DNA of 58,493 nt from a virus. The position numbers and the translations under genes were made by a program. A model generated the notes under the pieces. That model saw only the letters and a list, made by a program, of their open reading frames with translations. It had not been told where the DNA came from and did no database searches. The stretch is from the IMG/VR virus record IMGVR_UViG_3300029479_000005. One strand, written 5' to 3'. Below are positions 10,132-20,500 of this stretch, in pieces (position 1 is the first letter of the stretch; every line of letters starts with the position of its first letter).

Positions 10132-10554
10132 ATGATTAAAAAAACTATAACTTATACAGATTATAACGGAGTAAGCAGAACCGAAGATTTCTGGTTCAAT
10201 CTTAGTACGGCGGAACTTATGAAAATGGAATTGGGTACAAGAGGCGGCTTCTCAGAAATGATGACTAGAATCGTTCAAGCCAATGATGTGCCGACGATGA
10301 TGAAAGTATTTGATGATTTTATCAGAAAATCATACGGACAAAAGAGCCCGGATGGAAAAAGATTTATCAAGTCAGAGGCTATAACCGAAGAATTTTGCCA
10401 AACAGAAGCATACTCGAATCTATTCATGGAATTCATTACAGATACTGATAAAGCTATCGAATTCATGAACGGTATCGTTCCGACAGAAATCAGTAAAAAA
10501 GCCAATCTGGTTAACCAAAAGTCATTGATGGACGGAACAAATACTAATAATTAA
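10132..10554 (+). CDS. putative tail assembly chaperone (140 aa)
   Basis: Lies upstream of the tape measure. The N-terminus, TITYTDYNGVSRTEDFWFNLSTAEL, reads like chaperones of this type. Confidence 0.4.
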   Translation: MIKKTITYTDYNGVSRTEDFWFNLSTAELMKMELGTRGGFSEMMTRIVQANDVPTMMKVFDDFIRKSYGQKSPDGKRFIKSEAITEEFCQTEAYSNLFMEFITDTDKAIEFMNGIVPTEISKKANLVNQKSLMDGTNTNN

Positions 10555-10577
10555 GAAAATAAACGGGAGGAATAAGA

Positions 10578-11123
10578 ATGCTTCAAATAATTATACCTGC
10601 TGAAGAACGATGGGATGAAGAACACGAAGAATTTATTGTGTCTAAAAAAGAGCAAAAATTGATGTTGGAGCATTCTTTAGTGTCCCTTTCAAAATGGGAA
10701 TCTAAATGGCAAGTGCCTTTTCTATCAAAAAAGGAAAAGACATACGAGGAAACTTTAGATTATATAAAATGCATGACAATCACACAGAATGTAAGCGACG
10801 ATGTGTACAAGCGCTTAACATCTGAAAATTTGATGCAAATACGTTCATATATGGAGTCGCCGATGACGGCAACATCTATACATGATGAACCTGCTCCAAA
10901 GAATAGATCAGAAATTCTTACGAGTGAGGTTATTTATAATATGATGATTGCTTTTAATATCCCGTTCGAATGTCAAAAATGGCATTTAAATAGATTATTT
11001 ACTCTTATAAAAGTATGCGAGTTAAAAAATCGTAAGCCGAAGAAAAAAAGCCTGCGAGATATCATGCAACAAAATACTGCGATAAACGAAATGCGTAAGA
11101 AAAAATATAATACGAGGGGGTAA
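10578..11123 (+). CDS. hypothetical tail-module protein (181 aa)
   Basis: Called by position. Confidence 0.4.
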   Translation: MLQIIIPAEERWDEEHEEFIVSKKEQKLMLEHSLVSLSKWESKWQVPFLSKKEKTYEETLDYIKCMTITQNVSDDVYKRLTSENLMQIRSYMESPMTATSIHDEPAPKNRSEILTSEVIYNMMIAFNIPFECQKWHLNRLFTLIKVCELKNRKPKKKSLRDIMQQNTAINEMRKKKYNTRG

Positions 11124-11128
11124 GTAAT

Positions 11129-11512
11129 ATGGAAATTATAAGCTTTAGACACAAAGGTGATTTTTCTAAATTAAGCCAATATTTAGAAAAAGTAAAATCC
11201 GTTATAAGAATGGATATTTTTAATAAATACGGTAAAAAGGGTGTTGATGCATTGTCAGCGGCAACTCCTGTGGATTCGGGTAAAACAGCATCATCTTGGT
11301 ATTACAAAATAGAAAAAAGTGCAGGGGCTACCGTAATAAGTTTTCACAATTCGAACATAAACAAAGGTGTTCCAATTGCTTTACTGATACAGTATGGTCA
11401 CGGTACAAGAAACGGAGGATATGTTCAAGGTCGTGATTATATAAATCCCGCACTCAGACCAATCTTTGACCAATTAGCAGATTCTGCATGGAAGGAGGTA
11501 ACTAATATATGA
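11129..11512 (+). CDS. putative HK97 gp10-like tail component (127 aa)
   Basis: Size fits, it sits next to the tape measure, and its stop overlaps the tape-measure start. Confidence 0.35.
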   Translation: MEIISFRHKGDFSKLSQYLEKVKSVIRMDIFNKYGKKGVDALSAATPVDSGKTASSWYYKIEKSAGATVISFHNSNINKGVPIALLIQYGHGTRNGGYVQGRDYINPALRPIFDQLADSAWKEVTNI

Positions 11513-14500
11513 GTACCGAAATCGATAGCAGAATTGTTGAAATGCGATTTGATAACAAGCATTTCGAAGAAAATGTAGCAACAAGTATGTCTACATTAGA
11601 TAGGCTTAAAGAAAAATTAAAAATGAAAGATGCGGCAACCGGATTGGAGAACATAAGTTCGGCTGCAAAAAAAGTTGATCTATCCGGATTAGACAGTGCG
11701 ATTGATAGTGTTAAAATTAAATTTTCATCAATGCAAGTTATAGCGGCAACTGCATTATCTAATTTAACAACATCTGCGATAAATGCCGGAAAAAAGATGA
11801 CATCAGCATTAGTTGACCCTTTGATTGAAGGGGGCAAAAAGAGAGCACTCAACATTGAACAGGCGAAATTTCAATTAGAAGGTTTGGGTGTTGCGTGGAA
11901 TACTATCAAAGATGACATTAATTATGGCGTAAAAAATACGGCATATGGCTTGGATGCAGCAGCTAAAGTTGCATCGCAATTAGTAGCTTCAAATGTGCAG
12001 GTTGGCGATTCAATGAGAACTGCGCTAAGAGCAGTATCTGGTGTCGCAGCAATGACGAATAGTGAGTATGAAGATATAGGTAGAGTATTCACTACCGTTG
12101 CTGGTAATGGTCGTTTAATGGGAGACCAATTACAACAACTTTCATCTAGAGGAATAAATGCTGCGGCAACACTGGCTAATTATCTCGGTAAAACCGAAGG
12201 TGAAATTCGAGATATGACTTCTAAGGGTAAAATAGATTTTGCTACATTTGCGGCTGCAATGGATGATGCTTTTGGAGAACATGCAAAAGAAGCTAATGCC
12301 ACATTTACAGGTTCCATGTCTAATATGAGGGCAGCATTATCTCGTATAGGAGCGGATATTGCTACACCAGCATTCCAAGATTTACGAGATATATTTAATA
12401 CTTTAACGCCTATCATAGACAAAGTTCATACGGCATTAGGACCACTTATTTCGGATATAGAAAAAGGAATGCGTCTAGCTACTGATTTTGTAATCAATAA
12501 GCTTAATGGTTTTTCAGATAGCTTTTTGACTTCCAATTGGGATAGACTTAAAGCTAAAATATCGGATACCGGAGTGGCGTTTGATGATTTTCAAAATGGT
12601 TTAATTGAAACTGCCAAATCTCATAACATAGCCATAGATGATATGATTCAAAAAGAAGGCTCGTTTGAAAATACTTTAAAAAGCGGATGGTTAACACCTG
12701 ATTTAATAGCAGAAACACTAAAAAATTTTACAAATGGTATTTCTGAAACAACCAGTGAAGTGGTTAACTTTGAAGAGGTTGTTAACCGAGTTATTAATGG
12801 TGATTTTGGAAATGGAGTCGAAAGAATTAATAGACTGACAGAAGCAGGTTATGATTATGCGACAGTACAAGGCTTAGTTAACGACGTATTAAAGGGTAAT
12901 GCTGTAAACTTCGAAAAAGTTGTCGATGTACAACAAAAATTTACGGATGGCGTATCGGAAGCAACGGGAGAAGTTGTTAATCTGAAAGACGTTGTGGATC
13001 AAGTTATAAACGGAGATTTCGGAAACGGAATAGTAAGAGTGAATAAACTAACCGAAGCGGGTTATGACTATGCAACTGTGCAGGGCTTGGTTAATGACGT
13101 ATTGTGGGGTAATGCTGTAAACTTCGAGAAAATGTCCGATGCTCAGTTGGAAAGCTTAGGTTATACAGAGGAGCAGATACAACTGCTTCATCAGTTAGGC
13201 GAAGAAGCCGAACGGACAGGTACTCCGTTAAACGAATTAATACTTAATCTTAATCGACCAACAGGAATATCTTTATTGATTGATTCGATTAGAAATGCAG
13301 TTCAAGGTATTACTAAAATAATAAACACTGTAAAGGCCGCATGGAATGATGTGTTTGCTAGCAACAATACAAATTTGCTATACCTGATGGTAAACGCAAT
13401 ACATAGTTTTTCTGAAAAACTTATAATGAGTGATGAAAATGCTGATAATTTAAGGCGAACTTTAAGGGGTTTATTTTCTGCACTCGATATTATTAAAAAT
13501 ATTGTGACTGGCGGATTAAAAACTGCATTTGATATAATAAATGCTATTTTGGCAGGCTTTGATTTAAATATTTTAGCTGTTACAGCCAAGATTGGAGATG
13601 CTATTACTAATTTTAGAGCATGGTATAAAGAACATAATTTATTAGCAACAGCATTAAAGAAATTAACTTCAATTATAAAAAATGCAATACAATTCGTTAA
13701 AGAATTTGTAAGTAAATTTAAAGAAATACCACAAATTCAATCGATAATCGAAAAAGTTAAAGATATAGCGGTTAAAGCTCTTGAAAAAATCGGTGAAATG
13801 TCCGAAAAAGGGCAAGAAAAAATACTGTCATTTATCGATAAACTAAAATCTTTGAACTCAATAAGTTTAAAAGATATAAAAATTGCATTCAAAGGGTTTA
13901 AAGATAACATATTTGAGTATTTTTTGAATTTTGACAACTTATCAAAAAATGTAAAAAACATATTCGGAACTCTAAAAGCAAAAATAAGCAGTAGCTTAGA
14001 AGCAACGGGTAGTTCGTTTGACGGTTTAAAAGCAAAAATAAATAGCTTTGTACACTTTATCCAAACCAAATTTTCGAAAGTTGGAATAGGAGAAGTATTA
14101 ACAGTAGGTTTTGGTGTATCATTAATAGCGTCTATTAGATTAGTATCTAAAGCTTTAGATAAGATTATGGGACCATTTAATGCAGTATCAAAAGTCGCTG
14201 GAAAAGTAAACGGAGTTTTATCAAAAACACAAGATGTACTTAAAAGCTATTCTGAGAAAATAAAGTCCGAGTCCCTGAAGAACGTTGCGATATCAATAGC
14301 TATTTTAGCTGGCTCGCTAGTGGTTTTAGCACAAGTTGATCCAGCTAAAGTTTGGTCTGCTGTTGGTGCATTAATTGTTTTATCAGGTGCTTTAGTTGGT
14401 ATAACAGCGCTTACGAGCAAAATTGGTAAAGTTGAAAAATTCTCGGTTAATATATTAGCTATATCAGCTGCAATTTTAATGCTTGTATTTGCACTAAAGG

Positions 14501-17500
14501 ATCTTAATAAATTAGATCCAATAAGAACTGTTCAGAGCTTGGCTGTTGTTTTAACTATGATATTAGGTTTAATAGCAGCTATAAGTTTGTTATCGAATAC
14601 CGCACCACAAACTAAATCCAGTGCTTTAACGATATTAGCAATAGCCGTATCGATAGGTATATTAGCCAATGCACTTGAAAAAATAGACAAACAGAATCCC
14701 TCTGGCAAATCTATTTTGGTTTTAATATCTATTATGGGGGCATTAGCCGGATTAATAGCGATAACCAATTTGGTAGCCAAAGACACAGTTAAAGCTGGTG
14801 TCAGTATGGTTGGTATAGCAGCGGCACTGTTAATATTATGTACTGCTTTTAACAAGATTGATCAGTTGAAAATAACTACTAAAACTATAGGCAATCTTAT
14901 AGTGATGGTAGGTGCTTTGACCGCATTGATGGCGGCTACCAGATTAGCAGGAAAAAATGCGACAAAAGCAGGTGTAGGAATGATAGGTGTGGCGTCATCT
15001 ATCTTTATCATGATCGAGGTCCTGAAAAGAATAGATAGCGTCAAAATCACAAGCAAAAAGGTTGAGACCTTAATAGGTATTATGGCTACATTATCACTGC
15101 TTATGGTAGCTACCAGATTAGCAGGAAAAAATGCGACAAAAGCAGGAGCAAGTATGTTGTTGATAGCAATATCGATAGGATTGCTTGCCGGAGTAATAGC
15201 GGTATTAAGTTTGGTAGATCCTAGTGGTTTAGACAGAGGATTGAAAGCTGTAAGTGTATTAGGACTCGTTGTAGCGGGGATCATCGCATCAACTAAATTA
15301 GCATCTACGTGTAAAGAAAGTCTAATAACACTAACTGTAGCAATAGGTATTTTAGTAGCCGGTTTAGGTGTACTGGCTATGATAGAACCGGAAAGCTTAA
15401 AAAATGCTACCGTAGCGATTTCAACAGTATTAGCCATGTTTGCAGTTGTATTGGCAGCGTCAAATTTGATATCAGAATCGTATAAAAGTATAATTGTAAT
15501 GACCGTAGCGATAACCGCTTTAGGAGCAATGTTATATCTGCTATCAGCAATAGATTCGGGTTCGATGTTGGCATCCGCACAATCGCTATCGCTATTGATG
15601 TTGTCTTTGTCGGCATCCATGTTGATTATAAGTAAAGCAGGTAAAGTATCATTATCAGCTATTGGATCTTTAGCATTAATCGGATTAGTAGTTGCAGAGT
15701 TGGCAACCATTTTAGCTGTAATGAATGGACTGAATGTTGCTCCGTCTATGGAAACTGCAAAAGCTCTATCTTTGTTGTTAGGAACAATGACAGGAGTTCT
15801 TGTTGTGCTGTCATTAGTGGGAGCAGGTGCAACTGCCGCATTCACCGGAATAGGAGTTCTCGCTGCTTTAATAGCGGCTGTAGGCGGCATAATGATAGGA
15901 TTAGGTGCGTTGATGGAATATGTTCCTAAGTGTCAGGAATGGCTAGATACAGGAATGGTAATTCTTGAAAAAATCGGCAATGGCATAGGATCATTTTTTG
16001 GTGGTATCGTTAACGGATTTAATACGAGTGCATCTTCTGATTTATCAAAGGTTGGTATTAATTTATCTGCTTTTATGAACTCCATTCAACCGTTTTTCGA
16101 TGGACTTTCGAAAATTGACGAATCAACATTAACTAAGCTAAAGCCGTTGACCAATTTTATGAAAGATTTCAAATCTTTTGATACGAATGAAAACTCCATG
16201 ACCGAAATAGAAAGCCAATTAATAACTTTTGGCGAAGCACTGAAGGGATTCGGAGCAAGTATATCAGGAATAAACATCGATGAGATAAATGTAGCGTCTA
16301 ATGCGGCAAAAGCTATAGCAGAAGTAAATAAGATTTTATCAAAGTATAAAACGACTAATATTTCGGATTTCGGTGCACAATTAGAACCATTTGGTAGATC
16401 GCTTAAAGCTTATGGTGAATCAGTCGATGGACTAAATGTTGAAGCTATAGAATTATCTGCAGAAGCGGCAAGTGCATTAAGCGAATTAGCCTCCGCATTA
16501 CCAAACAGTGGAGGTTGGGCAGGTATGTTTGCCGGTAACAACGACATTGACGATTTTGGCGCAAAGTTAATACCATTTGGAAGAGCATTAAAGAATTATG
16601 GTGATGCTGTTGACGGAGTAAATTCTGAAAGTATTGAGGAATCCGTTAAAGCCGGACAAGCACTGTCAGATTTGGCAAACGCATTACCAAACAGTGGAGG
16701 CTGGGCAGCAGCTTTTGCGGGTGACAACGATATAGCGGATTTCGGGGCAAAGCTGATTCCGTTCGGAAAAGCTATAACCGAATATGGCAACAGTGTTAGC
16801 GGCATAGATGTTGATAGTATAACAAAATCTACTACTGCAATTTCAGCGTTAAGCGAACTGGCTTCCGCATTACCAAACAGCGGAGGTTTTGCAGCGGCGT
16901 TCGCTGGTGATAACAGTATAGACGCTTTTGGAAGTAAGCTTATATCTTTTGGGGAATCTTTGAAAACATATAACGAACAAGTTTCTGATATGGATACGTC
17001 AGGAATTGAACGCGTAAATGATTTTATAAATTCGTTCAATGCATTGTCACAATCGATGTCTAATGGCAACTTAAAAGCTTTTTCTGATAGCAGTATTACG
17101 GATAATTTGAAGACACAATTCAAAGCATTCGGAGATGTTATAAAGAGCTTTAATGACAGTATAAAAGGTATGGATACCAAAGGCTTAGAAGCATCGGCTA
17201 ATGCCGGAAAAAGTATCGCTGAAATATCAAAGATAACTTCAGAAGGAAAACTGGGTAGGATATTCAGCGACGGAAACGGAGAGGGATTTAAAGCCGATTT
17301 AAAAGCATATGGTGAAGCGATAAAAGATTATGGCAAAGCCGTAAAAGGTATGAATACTGAAAATATAGCAGCAAGTGCGACTGCGGCTAATTCTATATTT
17401 AAAGTAGCAAAAACTATGTCCGGTGACGGGACTATAAACAGAATATTTACAGATGACGCAACCGCCGAACAATTTAAAAATGATATGCGTGTCATAACAG

Positions 17501-20500
17501 ATATTCTGCAAACGTATGGTGTTGGTTCACTTAGCATTGATTTAGGACACATAGAGGCCTCGAAAGAAGCATTTAACGATATAAAAGATTTTGTCGTTAA
17601 TATTCCGGATATAGATGACAATACTGATAATATTACAAATCTCAAGAAAAAGATGCAGATTATAGACAGTATTCTGCAAACGTATGGCGTAAGTTCACGA
17701 AGTATTGATTTGGGAAATGTACAAGCCTCGAAAGAAGCATTTAACGATATAAAAGATTTTGTCGTTAATATTCCTAATATAGACGATGATACTGATAATA
17801 TAAATAACTTTAAACAGCGAATGACTGCTATTTCGAGTATTCTTAAAACGTATGGTGGAAGCATTAAAGATATTGATTTAGGAAATGTACAGGCATCACA
17901 AAACGCATTTGACAACATAAAGAGTTTCGTAACCAATATACCTTCTTTGGATGATAATGCGACTAATATTGAAACGTTTGAAAAACAAGCCAATACAATA
18001 TCGAAAATATTATCCTCGTATAGTATAAATACAAAAGACATCGAAGTAAGTACAGTATATACAGCAAAACAAGCATTCGATTCGATAAAAGAGATGTTAA
18101 GTAACATGTCCAGTGTTACCGATTATTCTGCGAATATCGAGTCGTTTAAAGAGCAAATCGACAAAATTATTCGAATGTTAAAAGATTTTAACGAAGATAT
18201 AGTTAATGTCGATTTCAATAACATACAATCAGCGACGACCACATGCGAATCACTAGCAGGATTAGCCAGCAGTGTTTCAGACAACGATGGGAATTTGGAG
18301 GCGTTCGGTAATTCATTAATAGCATTCGGTGAGAAGTTATCTGAATTTTCTAACACAATCGGCGAGGTGGATTTGTCAGGTATCAGTGCCAATATAAATG
18401 ACCTTACCACATCTATACAAAATTCAGCAACACAAATCGGTGACGGGTTTGTTAATTCATTAAATACCGCTGGTTCGCAAATAGTTCAAGCGGCGACTGA
18501 TATGATAAACTCTGCTATATCAGCTATAACCGGTGCTACTTCTAATTTCCAAACAGAAGGAACAAACCTCGGTGATGCTATAGCTTCTGGATTAACAGCC
18601 GCCTCGGGAAATGTAACAGCAGCTGCTCAAAGTGTAGCTTCGGAAAGCGTATCAAGCGTAAGCCAGTATGATGGGCAATATAGAGCTGCCGGCTATAATA
18701 TGGCTGCAGGACTTGCATCTGGAATTAGTGCAGGAAACTCTCTTGCTGTAGATGCTGCTGTAAATATGGCTAAAAGTGCATTGGCCGCAGCAAAAGAAGA
18801 ACTTGGTATACATTCGCCATCAAGAGCTTTTATGGCAATCGGTAGATATATTGGCGAAGGCTTAGCAAACGGTATACGAGATAACGCATATAGAGCAGTT
18901 GATGAAACTGAAGCGTCAGCAGCAAAAGTTAAGAGTGTGGCGAAAAAGTCTTTTGATGATGTCGAAAAATGGGTAGAAGAAGCAAAGTCTTTCGACGAGT
19001 TGAGTTTGGCGGAGGAACTTGAAATATGGGATACTATGATTTCAAAATACTCTGAGGGTAGCGAAGAGAGACTGAAGGCTGAAAAAAATGCTTATGCAGT
19101 TCTTAAGGAATTAAGAGAAGAAGATTATCAGAATTCTAAGGATTGGATCGATAAAGAAAAAGATTACAATCGTATGAGTACCAAAGAGGAACTCGAGGCT
19201 TGGAAACGAGTTCAAGAGCGATACATTGAGGGTACAGACGAACGAGCAGAAATCGATAAAAAGATTTACGATCTGAAACACGAACTTATTGACGGAGATG
19301 TATATGCACTGGAAAGAGAAATTCAGGCTAATGATGACTTAATAGCATCATTGGAAGAAGAAACAGTTGCTTATTCTAATGCTGTAAAAGAAGGTATATA
19401 TCTTCGTAAGTTGTTAAAAGATGCGGAATATAGTACATCTAAGAATTGGATTGAAACCGAAAAAGATTATAATCGTTTAGATACTAAAGGTGAACTTGAA
19501 GCTTGGGAACGAGTTCAGGCAAGATATGAAGACGGTAGTGAAGAACGAATAGAAATCGATAAAAAGATTTACGATCTAAAGCACGAACTTATTGACGGTA
19601 ATATAGATGCGTTGGAAGACGAGATAGAAGCTAACAAACGTCTGATTGCAACTTTAGAAGAGGGTTCGGTTGCATGGTCAAACGCCGTTAAAGAGGGTGA
19701 ATACCTTAATAAACTACTGGTTGATGCTAATTATCAGAATTCTATGGACTGGATTCAAGACCAAGAGGATCGTGGGGAATATTCTTTAGCCGACAAATTA
19801 GCGTGGAATACTCGTATGCTGAATAAATACGGTAAGCGAGATAAGGAAACACGTAAAAAGTACGAAAAAGAAATCTATGCCACGCAAAAAGAAATCTACA
19901 ACGCTTATAAAGACTTTCTTGATGATTGTCAAAATGTTAAGGATGATTACGTCGAGAAAGAAAAGGAATTAAACGAAAAACTCGAACAGGACATTAAAGA
20001 ACTGGAAGATAATTATTCGGATACCCTCGATTCAAGGATTCAGTCACTTTATAATGCATATGGTTTGTTTGATAAGGTGGAGCAAAAAGGAAAAACCAGT
20101 GTTTCTGAATTGACAAAAAATCTTCAAGATCAAGTTGCAGAGTTTGAGGATTGGGACGATACACTTCAACAACTATCTAAACGAGGACTAAACCAAGCTT
20201 TGATAGAAGAACTTCAGGAAATGGGACCATCAGCTATTGCTAATATTCGAGGCTTGAATTCTATGACTGATGCCCAACTTTCGCAATATGCAAATTTGTG
20301 GGCTGAAAAGCATAAAGAAGCAACAGACAGAGCAACTGATGAATTAACCGACTTACGCAAAGAAACAAATAGCCAGATTAAAGAACTTAAAACCACATAT
20401 AATTCAGATTTGGACGAATTGAAGAAAGACACTGACGAAAAACTCAGTGAATTAAAAGATGCTTTCTTAAAGAATATCGGCGCTATCAAAGACGATACCG

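Noticed and set aside
10132-11123. Programmed -1 frameshift between the two ORFs upstream of the tape measure (a G/GT-like chaperone pair)
   Set aside because: The ORFs are separated by 23 nt, and the second has its own GGGAGG ribosome-binding site and start codon. No overlapping slippery heptamer seen.
14862-15890. Long minus-strand ORFs inside the tape-measure gene (14862..15890, 16596..17180, 17328..18107, 13302..14069, 14532..14855)
   Set aside because: They are antisense to Ala/Ile/Leu-rich and repeat-rich tape-measure sequence, have no ribosome-binding sites, and show low-complexity composition. Compositional artefacts of the + strand gene.
12742-19900. Possible CRISPR array suggested by multiple tandem repeats
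   Set aside because: The repeats are in-frame, 170-300 nt long, degenerate at the protein level, and lack any unique-spacer architecture. They are coding repeats of the tape measure.
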